This document shows positions 42,482-55,109 of a stretch of DNA of 64,000 nt, one piece after another. The DNA comes from Opitutaceae bacterium (lineage in GTDB: Bacteria; Verrucomicrobiota; Verrucomicrobiia; Opitutales; Coraliomargaritaceae): contig JBPOFY010000003.1 of the NCBI GenBank assembly GCA_051252375.1, forward strand, positions 128,001 through 192,000. Direction: 5' to 3'. Below the pieces are notes generated by a model, which was given only the letters and a program-made list of their open reading frames with translations, made no database searches and was not told the DNA's origin. Numbering within the stretch: position 1 is the stretch's first letter; the number at the start of each line of letters is the position of its first letter. The position numbers and the translations under genes are program-made.

Positions 42482-44326
42482 GTGAATAGATCACCCCATA
42501 GTATAACGCGAGTGCTGGCAGTTTTGATGTTCAGTGCGTCGGCTTCTTGGGCTCTGGATGGTAGCAATGATGTCATTTTTACTGTGCCGTCAGGGCAAAC
42601 GACAGGTTGGAAGACTTTTGAAATCATTACTGGCGATGATGCATTGGGCGGTCTGGCAGTTGGTGGTTTTACTTGGGATGTAGACAATCATGATGATTGG
42701 GATGGTTTAGGTGCGTATCGACAGAGCGAAAGTGTGTTATCTGTGTTCATCAATCATGAGGTTGGCATGGATGTCGCGAACGACATAATCGGTAGCTTTA
42801 GTCGTGTGGACTTGGATGTTACCGCTTTAAAGGACTGGATTGCTTTAGGTATCCCGAATAACTCCAATTTTAACCAGGTGCCGCCTCCGAGCACTGTAGT
42901 GATGTCTATTGGTCTGGGTTGGTCGTCGGTTGATTCCGCGAGTGTGACGACGGCATTGGATAATCCTTGCTCAGCAAACGCGTGGCTTGCCAATACTTTT
43001 GGTGAGGGTCGAGGTTTTGCCGATGATCTGTATCTTCTCGGTGAGGAACTCGAAGGGGGGGGCTCGATATGGGTGATGGATTTATCCGATAATAAATTGT
43101 ATCAAGCAGTCGACCTTGGAGCTGGACGCTGGGAAAATGCGACACCGATTGATACCGGACGGACGGATACGATCGCACTGGTCATTTCAGAAGATCGGGG
43201 TCCATTTCCTAATGGTAGAGAACCGAATGATGCTGAAAGCTCTCCGATCTATTTATATGTAGGCGAGAAGGATCCTACCGGTAATTTTTTAGAGCGTAAC
43301 GGACTTTCTGGGGGTAAGATTTACTATTGGGACTGCACTGACCTGGAAGGTCGATATGGCACATTTGCGGGGATTTTTAATGGCGGCAATGGACTTACCT
43401 TGAATGGGCAATGGGTGTCTGATCTTGCAGATGCAGTTCAGTTTTCGAAATGTGAAGACGTCCATACCAATATGAATAAGGACTCTGAGGGGTATGGTCT
43501 TGAAGTGGCCTTGGCTTGTCAGTGGCAGGGGCTTTTTAAAATTGATTTCAAGTCCACACCTTTCGTGCAGGGTGACATTGGTCCCGGTGCTATGAGCACT
43601 ATCTCGGTTTTATTAAAGGGGGAAGAGGGGGATTCAGTGTTGGGGGATCAAGATAACCTTACTTGGTCTGCGGATGGTAAAATTTATATCAATGAAGACG
43701 AGCCCACGGATGGTAATGTATGGGTGCTCGACCCCGAGGGGATCGAGGCGGGATATGCCACCGGCAATTCTACGCCGGATGCTACGCAATACGGTATATT
43801 GATGGATGTGAATACTGATGGTGAGAGTTCGGGAATCATCGATGTTTCCGAAGAATTGGACTATCAGCCCGGCAGCTTGTTTTTAACGGTTGCGCAATCT
43901 GGCACGCTTAACGGTAATCAACTCGCACTGTTGGTTTCGCCGAATGCAGCGCCACTTTCCTCGGTTTATGATGATTGGGCGGCTAGTTATCCGGCATTGG
44001 ATACCGAGGCAAAGCGCCTCGACACGGCTGATCCGGATATGGATGGCCTCTTGAATGCGGTGGAGTTTGCCTTAGGGCTGTCGCCAGTGGGGGCAAATAC
44101 GACTTCGCCACTTACTTTTGATCTCAATGCCTCGACGCTTAGTTTTATCCCTGTTCGTTCATTGAACGTGGTTGAGTATTGGGTGGATTGCACGGAAGAC
44201 TTTTCGTTGGGATTTACAGCGTCCATTCTTGTGACAGCAGAAGACATTTCCGCGACAGGGGTCGCCTCAGTGAGTTTGCCGCAGGGGGATCGACTCTTTT
44301 ATCGCTTGCGAGTGGAAGTGCCTTAG
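42482..44326 (+). CDS. secreted PhoX-like beta-propeller protein with verrucomicrobial C-terminal domain
   Basis: signal peptide ending SWA; DGLGA, INHE, CSA, WEN, EDV, DNL...[14 protein letters not shown]-terminal YDDWA...[19 protein letters not shown]...FYRLRV; start taken at GTG 42482. Confidence 0.6.
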   Translation: MNRSPHSITRVLAVLMFSASASWALDGSNDVIFTVPSGQTTGWKTFEIITGDDALGGLAVGGFTWDVDNHDDWDGLGAYRQSESVLSVFINHEVGMDVANDIIGSFSRVDLDVTALKDWIALGIPNNSNFNQVPPPSTVVMSIGLGWSSVDSASVTTALDNPCSANAWLANTFGEGRGFADDLYLLGEELEGGGSIWVMDLSDNKLYQAVDLGAGRWENATPIDTGRTDTIALVISEDRGPFPNGREPNDAESSPIYLYVGEKDPTGNFLERNGLSGGKIYYWDCTDLEGRYGTFAGIFNGGNGLTLNGQWVSDLADAVQFSKCEDVHTNMNKDSEGYGLEVALACQWQGLFKIDFKSTPFVQGDIGPGAMSTISVLLKGEEGDSVLGDQDNLTWSADGKIYINEDEPTDGNVWVLDPEGIEAGYATGNSTPDATQYGILMDVNTDGESSGIIDVSEELDYQPGSLFLTVAQSGTLNGNQLALLVSPNAAPLSSVYDDWAASYPALDTEAKRLDTADPDMDGLLNAVEFALGLSPVGANTTSPLTFDLNASTLSFIPVRSLNVVEYWVDCTEDFSLGFTASILVTAEDISATGVASVSLPQGDRLFYRLRVEVP

Positions 44327-45771
44327 TCGTATCGACGGCGTAGATTCGTCGGCAGGATGCCCAGTTCTTCGCGATATTTCGCAACCGTGCGGCGAGCGAT
44401 TTTGATGTCTTTATCTTTGAGTAAATTAACGATGCCTTGGTCGCTATAAGGCTTTGATGGGTTTTCTTCTTCGATGAAGTGACTGATCATATCTTTGATC
44501 GTCTTGTTCGACACAGATTCGCCGCTGGCTGAGGTGAAGCCAGGGGTGAAGAAATACTTGAACGCAAAGACGCCGTGCGGTGTGCGGATGAATTTGTTGG
44601 CGATTGCTCGGCTGATGGTCGTTTCGTGCACGCCTACTGTTTGAGCAATGGTATTCATCGTCAAGGGGCGCAGCTTGGAGACGCCTTCTTCGAAGAATTC
44701 GTTTTGAAAGCTGAGGATCTCTCGAGTGATCCGCTCGATGGTCTGTTGGCGTTGCTCGATTGAGCTGATGAGGAATTTACCCGAGCGCATGCGCTCTAGC
44801 ATGTAGTCTTTCTCTTGTTTGCTAAGGGTTCCTTTTGCCAGCAAGTCTTTGTAAACGCCGCTTATGCGTAGGCGCGGGATGTAGTCGTTGTTTAAATCGA
44901 CCTTCCATTCGCCGTATTCATCTTTGAATACAGTGACATCTGGTTCGATGACTGCGTTGGAGTCTGGGCTGAAGCGCTTTCCTGGTGCGGGGTCGAGGGT
45001 GGCAATTTCTTCGATCGCGGCTTGGACGTCGTCGGTTGTTGTTCCGGTCTTGCGGCAAATGTCGGGGATGCGGCGTCGCACGAGTAGGGGGAAGTGGTCG
45101 CGAAGTATACGCGCTGCGAGTGCAGTGCCGCGACCGCGCAATTCCAATTGCGTGACCAAGCAATCCTGCATGTCCACTGTGCCGATGCCTGGGGGGTCGA
45201 AGGTTTTGAGAGTTTCGACGCACTTCTGCACGATGCCATAGGGTGTGCGGCTGGTCAGTGCGATGTTGGAAACTGTTTCAGTTAGGTAGCCGTTGTCGTC
45301 TATACTACCGATGAGGTAGAAGAGGGCTTCGCGCTCTTGCTTGGAGCAGTCGGTCAGTTCTGCTTGCTCGACGAGATGCTGTTGTAGTGAGACGCCCTGT
45401 GTGAGGGAGTTCATGAAGTGGTCGCGGCGCTCTTCGTCTTCAGTGGTGTGGGTTTGTCCACTGTTCTCCTGGGCAAATTGCTCGCGCACATCTTCGCTCA
45501 TTTTGTCGAGGATGCTATAGTCGTCGGCATTGAAGCTCAGCTCTTCGTCGGCGTCGCGCTCGTCCTCGGTCGTCGTTTCACGTTCTTCTTCGACGCTAAT
45601 GCTGTCGATGGAAAGTTCTTCCAGTAGCGGGTTGGCTTCCAGTTCTTCGAGGATGGAAGTGCGGAGTTCTACTGCGGGCGCTTGTAGGATTTTAAGTGAA
45701 TTACGTAGTTGAGGCGCTAAAACCAGCGACTGCGTTTGTTTCTGAACCTGTTGGAAACCCTGTGAGCTCAT
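44323..45771 (-). CDS. rpoN: RNA polymerase sigma-54 factor
   Basis: Q-rich region [20 protein letters not shown], RpoN box [10 protein letters not shown]. Confidence 0.97.
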   Translation of the reverse strand: MSSQGFQQVQKQTQSLVLAPQLRNSLKILQAPAVELRTSILEELEANPLLEELSIDSISVEEERETTTEDERDADEELSFNADDYSILDKMSEDVREQFAQENSGQTHTTEDEERRDHFMNSLTQGVSLQQHLVEQAELTDCSKQEREALFYLIGSIDDNGYLTETVSNIALTSRTPYGIVQKCVETLKTFDPPGIGTVDMQDCLVTQLELRGRGTALAARILRDHFPLLVRRRIPDICRKTGTTTDDVQAAIEEIATLDPAPGKRFSPDSNAVIEPDVTVFKDEYGEWKVDLNNDYIPRLRISGVYKDLLAKGTLSKQEKDYMLERMRSGKFLISSIEQRQQTIERITREILSFQNEFFEEGVSKLRPLTMNTIAQTVGVHETTISRAIANKFIRTPHGVFAFKYFFTPGFTSASGESVSNKTIKDMISHFIEEENPSKPYSDQGIVNLLKDKDIKIARRTVAKYREELGILPTNLRRRYD

Positions 45772-45787
45772 ATTGATGCCGTTTTCA

Positions 45788-46789
45788 CTATGTTTCGGAG
45801 TGAGCTCCTAGGCCAGGGGTTGCACCTGTGGCCCAGCGACTCGCTGCATTGCGTCCGTCCTCGCTGTAGAGATCGATGGCATAATTCGCTAATTTTTCGT
45901 TGGTCGGTCCGTAGCCTTCGCCGTAGAGGAAGACCTCTAGGGCGGTCAGCATTTGGTCTGCGCTTTGAAAGCGTTTGTTGCGATCGCGTTTGAATCCAAG
46001 CTGTAATATATCGTCCAATCTTGGATCGATATTATTGTTCATTTCGTTGAAGTCGGGAATCGCGAGTTCGAGGATATTCTTACGCGTCGCGATTTCGTCG
46101 GATGCCTCAAAAATATTCTCACCAAGAAGTAGCTCGGCTAGGATGATGGCGCAGCTGAAGAGGTCGGCTCGCGCATCGGTGACTTGGCGCAGGGCTTGCT
46201 CGGGGGAGAGGTATTCATCCTTTCCTGCGATCACTTCGCCTTCCTTGTTATACATGAGGTCGAGTGCCTTCGCGATGCCGAAGTCCGTAAGCTTCACGTC
46301 ACCTTCGCGGGCTATCATGATGTTTCTTGGGTTCACGTCGCGGTGAACAATGCCTAAGGGGCGCCCCGACTTATCGCATTTTTTATGGGCGTAGGCGAGG
46401 CCACGGCAAACGCGCGAAACAATGAAGGCGGCAAGATCTGCGGGTATGGCTTGGTCGGTTTGATTATGGCGTTCGATGAAATCTTCTAGCGTGATGCCGT
46501 CCACATATTCCATGGTCATGAAATATTGACCGCTGATCTCACCTAAATGGTAGGTTTGCACGATATTTGTGTGGATCAAGTCGGCGACGAGTCGGGCTTC
46601 GCCAATAAAATTATTTCGAAATTCTTCAATTTTAGAATATTCTTCCCGAATTAATTTTATCGCGACGCGCTTGGTGAAATCGCCAGATCCGTGCTGTTCG
46701 CCCTCATAGACTATGCCCATGCCGCCTTCAGCGATCACTCGAGTGAGCTCAAAGCGAAGTTCTGCAAATATGTGGCGAAGCTTTGTCAT
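45788..46789 (-). CDS. Hanks-type Ser/Thr protein kinase, soluble, kinase domain only
   Basis: [33 protein letters not shown]. Confidence 0.93.
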   Translation of the reverse strand: MTKLRHIFAELRFELTRVIAEGGMGIVYEGEQHGSGDFTKRVAIKLIREEYSKIEEFRNNFIGEARLVADLIHTNIVQTYHLGEISGQYFMTMEYVDGITLEDFIERHNQTDQAIPADLAAFIVSRVCRGLAYAHKKCDKSGRPLGIVHRDVNPRNIMIAREGDVKLTDFGIAKALDLMYNKEGEVIAGKDEYLSPEQALRQVTDARADLFSCAIILAELLLGENIFEASDEIATRKNILELAIPDFNEMNNNIDPRLDDILQLGFKRDRNKRFQSADQMLTALEVFLYGEGYGPTNEKLANYAIDLYSEDGRNAASRWATGATPGLGAHSET

Positions 46790-46918
46790 TTCCCTGTATC
46801 AAAGGTCTATATAATTATTTCGCAAGCGGATTTATCAAACTAGCACGAAAAATGCTACAATCGCAGTATTGGCAGTCCGTGAGTTGACACGAGAGACCTT
46901 CAGGCTTTGTTTTCAGTC

Positions 46919-47236
46919 ATGATAACAATTACTGATAGTGCCGTCCTGCAAATAAGTAAGCTGGCAGCGGAAAAAGCGACCGAAGGCCAATTACTTCGTA
47001 TCTTTGTCGAAGCGGGTGGTTGCTCCGGTTTCGAGTATGGGATGTCTTTTGATGATGCCAAGCCAGATGATAAGCAGCTTGAAGACAATGGGGTCTCGTT
47101 TCTCATCGATGCTACCAGCTATGAATACTTAGATGGCAGTGAAGTCGATTTTGACGATGGTCTCAGTGGCAAAGGTTTTGATATTCGTAATCCCAATGCG
47201 ACTAGCACATGTGGCTGTGGGCGGTCTTTTAATTAG
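46919..47236 (+). CDS. A-type Fe-S carrier (HesB/IscA/ErpA family)
   Basis: GGCSGFEY and NPNATSTCGCGRSF. Confidence 0.95.
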   Translation: MITITDSAVLQISKLAAEKATEGQLLRIFVEAGGCSGFEYGMSFDDAKPDDKQLEDNGVSFLIDATSYEYLDGSEVDFDDGLSGKGFDIRNPNATSTCGCGRSFN

Positions 47237-47254
47237 TCCTCGTTTAATTTAATC

Positions 47255-47316
47255 AAAAAAAAAGAGGCGGCCCTATCCGATAGCAAATGCATCGGGTGGG
47301 GCCGCCTCGATTTTTT
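47255..47316. terminator. bidirectional terminator
   Basis: A9-GAGGCGGCCC...GGGCCGCCTC-GA-T6 long stem between convergent genes. Confidence 0.85.
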
Positions 47317-47326
47317 CAGGTCGGGA

Positions 47327-48829
47327 CTAGACGACTTCTTCAACGCCGACTTCGAGGCGCTTTCCGTTGATCGTCAAACCGTAGCGCTTGACCGGACCGC
47401 TTGAAGTCGAGGGTGCAGCAGCAGGGCTGGCTGGTGCTTCGGCTTTCGCAGGTGCTGGCTTGGGCTTTGGTTTGTTGGTCCCTTTGAGATGAGCTTCCAA
47501 TTGAGCAGGGAACATTGCGTAGATTACGCAGTGCTCGTCGTCGCTTGGTAAACCTTTACCTTCAAGTTCTTTACGCAGGTCGTCCATGTGCTTGTGAACG
47601 GCACCCGGTGCTTCAACAGGGCGGCAAGTGATGGGCTCTTTCTTCGCTTGCTTGGCAGCCAGAGCTTGTAGCTCGGGGTCCACCGGCGCAGGCGTGCGGC
47701 CATAGTAGCCAAGTGCGATGTCTGCGGCTTGTGGAGAGATTTGTTTCCAGCGGCCGAACTTCACATTGAGGAAGGCTTGCATGCCGACGATCTGCGAAGT
47801 GGGGGTGACCAGTGGGATCCAACCAAGAGCTTCGCGCACGACCGGGATTTCGCGGAAGACTTCGTCGAATTTATCTTCCATCTTTTGCTCTTTGAGCTGT
47901 GTGCGGAAGTTGGAGAGCATGCCGCCGGGCACTTGATACTCGAGTGTATCGACATCGATCACTTCGTTTTTGTGACCAGTGAAGTCGCTGAGCTCTTCAT
48001 AGGCTTTTTCAAGGTGAGTGCGGACTTCTCTGAGCGATGCTTTTTGTTCATCGCTGACTACGGGGCAGCGTTTGTGCCCTTGCAGCATGGCAAGCATACG
48101 CGTGGTGTCTGGCTGTCCTGTGCCGTTGGCAAATGGTGAAACCGAAAGGTCGATCGCATCTACACCCGCATCGATCGCGGCCATGTAAGTGCCTGCTCCT
48201 AGACCCGCTGTGTCGTGGGTGTGAATCCAGACAGGAATTTTGAGCGTATCTTTTAGACCTTTGATAATGTCGTAGGCCTGCATCGGTGGAATGAGTCCCG
48301 CCATATCTTTGAGGACGATGGCATGGGCACCCATTTCTTCGAGCTCTTTACCCATCTCGATGAACTTCTCGGTGGTGTGCACAGGGCTGCTGGTGTAGCA
48401 GATGGTGCCGTGGGCTTGTGCGCCAGCTTCTCGAGCGGCGTCGATCGCGCATTTCATATTACGCGTATCGTTGAGCGCATCAAAAATACGGAAGATGTTC
48501 ATGCCGTGCTTCGCGCTGGTTTTGATGAACGTGCTGACCACGTCGTCAGGGAAGTGGGCGTATTGCACGATGTTTTGCCCGCGCAACAGCATCATGTGTG
48601 GTGTCTTTGGGCATGCCTTCTTTAGCGCATCGAGGCGGTCGAAGGGGAATTCGTCCAAAAAGCGAAGTCCGGAATCAATTGTGGCACCGCCCCAAGTTTC
48701 GAGAGCACCGAATCCCCAGTCGTCGAGTTGCTTACAAACGGGCAGCATTTGCTCGGTTGTCATGCGCGTTGCGGCGAGGCTTTGGTGTCCATCACGGAGG
48801 ACGTTGTTGTTAAGTATTACTGATTTCAT
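47327..48829 (-). CDS. OadA/pyruvate carboxylase B/transcarboxylase 5S-like carboxyltransferase lacking a biotinyl domain
   Basis: LRDGHQSLAATRM, ETWGGAT, MLLRGQN, FRIFDALND, KDMAG, HTH, VPGGMLSN, LVTPTSQIVG; no EAMKM motif. Confidence 0.88.
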   Translation of the reverse strand: MKSVILNNNVLRDGHQSLAATRMTTEQMLPVCKQLDDWGFGALETWGGATIDSGLRFLDEFPFDRLDALKKACPKTPHMMLLRGQNIVQYAHFPDDVVSTFIKTSAKHGMNIFRIFDALNDTRNMKCAIDAAREAGAQAHGTICYTSSPVHTTEKFIEMGKELEEMGAHAIVLKDMAGLIPPMQAYDIIKGLKDTLKIPVWIHTHDTAGLGAGTYMAAIDAGVDAIDLSVSPFANGTGQPDTTRMLAMLQGHKRCPVVSDEQKASLREVRTHLEKAYEELSDFTGHKNEVIDVDTLEYQVPGGMLSNFRTQLKEQKMEDKFDEVFREIPVVREALGWIPLVTPTSQIVGMQAFLNVKFGRWKQISPQAADIALGYYGRTPAPVDPELQALAAKQAKKEPITCRPVEAPGAVHKHMDDLRKELEGKGLPSDDEHCVIYAMFPAQLEAHLKGTNKPKPKPAPAKAEAPASPAAAPSTSSGPVKRYGLTINGKRLEVGVEEVV

Positions 48830-48895
48830 AATGTCTTAGGATAAGTAAAACTTAAGTGAAGTGATTATAGGATTCAAGTTTTTTATGCAAAAAAA

Positions 48896-48952
48896 TGGCG
48901 ATCCTCTTGAAATGGTCACAGGCTGGGCGCGCCGAGGAGCCCTCCAGCCCAT
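48896..48952 (-). ncRNA. candidate Na+-I (DUF1646) riboswitch aptamer
   Basis: minus strand GGGCTGG...CCAGCC-TGTGACC-ATTTCAAGA-GGATCGCCA then T7; two-hairpin layout recalled for DUF1646; upstream of an OadA-like gene. Confidence 0.6.
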
Positions 48953-48954
48953 GA

Positions 48955-48984
48955 ATGCTAGACGGTGTCGATGAAGTCTTTCAA
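48955..48984 (-). promoter_or_regulatory. sigma70-like promoter for the riboswitch leader
   Basis: TTGAAA-N18-TAGCAT, predicting a start at the GGG of the first stem. Confidence 0.5.
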
Positions 48985-49028
48985 CCGAGCACTTTGCTCG
49001 GTTGTTGCTAGGTAAAGCGCGGCTTTGA

Positions 49029-51146
49029 TTAGAGCCCTTGAGACTTTCGCTCGGCGCGCTGAGCGTCTTCCATACGATTCAACTGACGGTAAGCCAAAGA
49101 AAGGTTATACCATGCGCGGTAGAACTGTGGTTCCATCGCTACGGTCTCTTCGAGATAGCCAGCGGCGCGTTCCAGTTCGCCAGCTTCAGCGGCGAGTAGT
49201 CCGAGAGAGTATGGGAACATTGGATTTTCAGGTGCGAGCTCCCATCCGGTGTTGAGATAACGAGCCGCGGGGTCATTCAGTCCAGCTGAGCTCAACAGTA
49301 TGGCTGCTTGGTGATACATCTCCGGATTGAGCGAATCCAGCAGCACGGCACGAACGACATACTTTTGCACCTCGGCAGGGTTCCCATCGCGTGCTGCTTT
49401 ATTGGCCATAAGGAGTAGGCTTTGCGGGCGATCCATATTAAAATTGATATAGTTCTGCCACTCTTCTGCTACTTGCGCGTCAGGGACATCGAGTCCTTGT
49501 GAGGCGAGCGCCATGGAAGCCGCGATGCGGACGCTGCGAGAGTTGTCGCCAAGTTTGTCGATGATGACTGCTTTGTTTTCAGGCATTTGTCCGAGTGATC
49601 GGACTGCCCGACCACGGACCAAGGCGCTTTCGTCGTCCAACAACGTTTTGAGGTGAGTGACGACTTCGATGTTCGGCAGATAGCTTGCGAGAAGTCCTGC
49701 GTAGGTGGCTCGCCATGCGGGGATTTCTTCTCCTTCGGCGACGGCTAATAGTGCCGGCATCCCTTCCGGTTCCATCGCATAGGCGGCAGCGATCGCACGT
49801 GCGCGCTGGCGTTGGCGGCTTTGAGCGAGTTTCTCGCCATACCATTTCTCAGCATATTCGACTGCCCAGTCGACGCTTTCGTCGCTATGACATTTGCTAC
49901 AGGCGTTGGGGATTCCTAGTTCTTGAGTCATCAGTGGATCGGGGGAGTGGAAGCCGTGGTCTGCCCGATCATCGATTTGCATATAGGTTGTTTGAGGCAT
50001 GTGGCATTCGACACAGCGATTGCCGGTGCTGCCTGCTGGGTGAAAACTGTGCTCGGTTGGCTTGATGATCGGTGCCTCCATTGTGCCACCAGCTTCATGG
50101 CAGCGCATGCAGAGCATGTTATTTTCTACGGGCAAAATGTGCTCCAAAGTGTGCGGGTTGTGGCAGTCCATGCAGCTCACTCCAGCGTGTGCCATGCGGC
50201 TCATTTGGAACGATCCATAAACAAAGTCTTCGTCGATGATTTGTCCGTCTGGGTGGTAGAGGTCGGGCTGATCCGGAAGCGACAATGTGAAGTGGTCGTC
50301 ATATGCATCACCGAATTTATATGCATCAGCGGTTAACTGGTCGCGACGAGAGTGGCAGGTTGCGCAGTTTTGAATGGTGTGCACTTTGTCCGGAATCGGT
50401 TTACTGGTATAGTTTTCTGATTGAGCTTCGGCTATGTGATCTTCGAGTCCGGTATGACATTCGGCGCAGGCGATGCCTTGTTGGATCCAATTTGGATCGT
50501 AGCTGTTGCTCTCAAAATTAAATCCTTTTTGGTATTCGGTGGTGTGGCAATAAGCGCAGTTTGAATTCCAGTTCATCCCCTGACCGGCCCAGTGACCCCA
50601 CTCGCCAGGCATGCGGTCTTGCCCCGCATACACATCCAACCAGCGGTCTTCTATAACGTCGTAGGTGGCGCTGATGGTTTGGAATTTGTTGCCCGGTAAC
50701 TCGGCAAGGTATTGGCGTAAGGGCGTGTAGCCGATCACGCCGACAAGGTCATAGACTAGCGGGCTTTCACCTTCCTCTAACACGCGAAGTTCAAACTTTC
50801 CGTTGTTCTCGGCGAGTTCGTAAGTGACGCCGGATTCCTCAACGTAGCGAGCCGGGGTGAAGGCACCGCGATCATGTTCGATCGAGACTGGGCGGTTGGC
50901 TTTGGCGTGATGGCTCTTTTTCCAATCGGTCACTGCATCCTCATGGCACTTGGCACATGCGTCGGGGCCGACGACGGCTTGCCGTGCAGGATTGTGAGAG
51001 ATCGCAAACGCGGGTATGTCGTTACGATTGGTTCCTTTAGTGGGCTCGTATCCAGCGTCGTTGGAATCACCGCATCCGGAGAAAAGACAGATGAGACTAA
51101 CAAATGCTGCAGCGATGGCGCCAGAGCGTAATAAATGGAAAAGCAT
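49029..51146 (-). CDS. octaheme cytochrome c lipoprotein with HEAT and TPR repeats
   Basis: lipobox FSGC; 8 CxxCH (CAKCH, CAYCH, CAECH, CATCH, CMDCH, CMRCH, CVECH, CSKCH); LVRGRAVRSLG HEAT repeats; AWYNLSLAY TPR. Confidence 0.9.
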   Translation of the reverse strand: MLFHLLRSGAIAAAFVSLICLFSGCGDSNDAGYEPTKGTNRNDIPAFAISHNPARQAVVGPDACAKCHEDAVTDWKKSHHAKANRPVSIEHDRGAFTPARYVEESGVTYELAENNGKFELRVLEEGESPLVYDLVGVIGYTPLRQYLAELPGNKFQTISATYDVIEDRWLDVYAGQDRMPGEWGHWAGQGMNWNSNCAYCHTTEYQKGFNFESNSYDPNWIQQGIACAECHTGLEDHIAEAQSENYTSKPIPDKVHTIQNCATCHSRRDQLTADAYKFGDAYDDHFTLSLPDQPDLYHPDGQIIDEDFVYGSFQMSRMAHAGVSCMDCHNPHTLEHILPVENNMLCMRCHEAGGTMEAPIIKPTEHSFHPAGSTGNRCVECHMPQTTYMQIDDRADHGFHSPDPLMTQELGIPNACSKCHSDESVDWAVEYAEKWYGEKLAQSRQRQRARAIAAAYAMEPEGMPALLAVAEGEEIPAWRATYAGLLASYLPNIEVVTHLKTLLDDESALVRGRAVRSLGQMPENKAVIIDKLGDNSRSVRIAASMALASQGLDVPDAQVAEEWQNYINFNMDRPQSLLLMANKAARDGNPAEVQKYVVRAVLLDSLNPEMYHQAAILLSSAGLNDPAARYLNTGWELAPENPMFPYSLGLLAAEAGELERAAGYLEETVAMEPQFYRAWYNLSLAYRQLNRMEDAQRAERKSQGL

Positions 51147-51260
51147 GGCTGAGAATGTTCGTATTAGACGCTGACGGTCAAGCAGGATGCTTTCGTTCTT
51201 CTAATCCTATTAGTGGCTTCGATGAAGCGTATGAAAGGTGGCTGTGATACGATTAATACT

Positions 51261-51572
51261 TTAAGATTTTCGCCGATAGCTGCCTGGCTTTCGTTGATTG
51301 TTTCGTTGTTTTTTAAAGATCGGAATGAATTTACCCTCAATGAAATCAAAGGCGGCTTGAAGGCCTTCCTTTTTATAAACGACTCCGATCTCGGCTTCCA
51401 TAGCCGTGGGTTCGCCGAGCGAGGAGAGGAATTGATTCGATGTCATTTGGATGAAGACCTCCGCGCGCTTGGCTGTGGGTATGTCAGTCTGGTCCAGTAT
51501 CCATTCCCGTGCAAACAGTGCGAGGACGGCGTCACCGATCCATGCCTGAGTTCGTTTATCGTTAGCAGGCAT
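51261..51572 (-). CDS. minimal RNase III-domain protein (Mini-III-like)
   Basis: AWIGDAVL, SNQFL, TAMEAEIGVVY; 103 aa, no dsRBD, basic tail. Confidence 0.7.
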   Translation of the reverse strand: MPANDKRTQAWIGDAVLALFAREWILDQTDIPTAKRAEVFIQMTSNQFLSSLGEPTAMEAEIGVVYKKEGLQAAFDFIEGKFIPIFKKQRNNQRKPGSYRRKS

Positions 51573-51576
51573 TAGG

Positions 51577-52152
51577 TTAGTGAAGCTTAGTGAGTTCAGT
51601 TTCGATGTAGGCATCTTCAGTTGTCAGATGTTTGAACCAAAAGTCCTGTAACTCTCCAGTGGTGGCCGTGACTACAGGAAAGTTGTCTTCAATGAATTCG
51701 TGACGCAACACATCCGGGTGCGCTTCGAGGAATTCGCAAAACCAACCATAACTAGGGACTCGAATGATGACGGTTGTTTCGGTTGTCTTCACGTGGATGA
51801 GTGAGTGGACCGGTATACGGTGGATCTTATAGATGCCACTCATTCGCAGTTGGTCATCATTGGATGTGTCCGGGTATATATCGATGAAGAACTGCTCCTC
51901 AATTTTAAAAGGTGTGCCGATGAAAAAGCCAGCGGAGTCGTCGCCTTCAGTGATACTGATTTCATAAGACTTGGCGTCATCAGAGGGTTTGAAGTGCCAC
52001 TTGTTCTGTTTACCAGTTTCTTGCCATTCTCCGGCGAGGCTGCGGTCTGTGATGACGTCGTCTTCAGCGTAGAACGGTTGCAGTGATACAACGAAGCAAC
52101 CAGGGAGGAGGGCTAAGAGTATGAGGAGTGGGGTAATCGTTGATTTTTTCAT
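51577..52152 (-). CDS. hypothetical lipoprotein
   Basis: MKKSTITPLLILLALLPGC lipobox, then SLQPFY...LAGEW; start 52152. Confidence 0.8.
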   Translation of the reverse strand: MKKSTITPLLILLALLPGCFVVSLQPFYAEDDVITDRSLAGEWQETGKQNKWHFKPSDDAKSYEISITEGDDSAGFFIGTPFKIEEQFFIDIYPDTSNDDQLRMSGIYKIHRIPVHSLIHVKTTETTVIIRVPSYGWFCEFLEAHPDVLRHEFIEDNFPVVTATTGELQDFWFKHLTTEDAYIETELTKLH

Positions 52153-52168
52153 AAGATGTTTGTGAGAC

Positions 52169-54964
<2,796 letters not shown>

Positions 54965-55109
54965 TGGGAAATAGGTTGAAGATCGTGGGTAGAAGGTCGA
55001 ACACGGAATCTCGAATTTTGACGTGAAGCTGATTTTTTGTGGCTCCCTTGTTACAAATTGAGATTCGACTTTTAACAATAGAGAAACAGTTTAACGCTTT
55101 TTAATTCAA

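Noticed and set aside
46841..46857. sigma54 promoter before the Fe-S carrier gene (TAGCACG-AAAAATGC)
   Set aside because: The invariant -24 GG is AG; could be a TAGCA-N7-TGCTA operator but nothing supports it
48896..48952. HDV-like ribozyme or tRNA/tmRNA fragment (contains TCCTCG and ends in CCA)
   Set aside because: No room for P2 or the nested pseudoknot and no proper T-arm or acceptor stem; a two-hairpin riboswitch fits better
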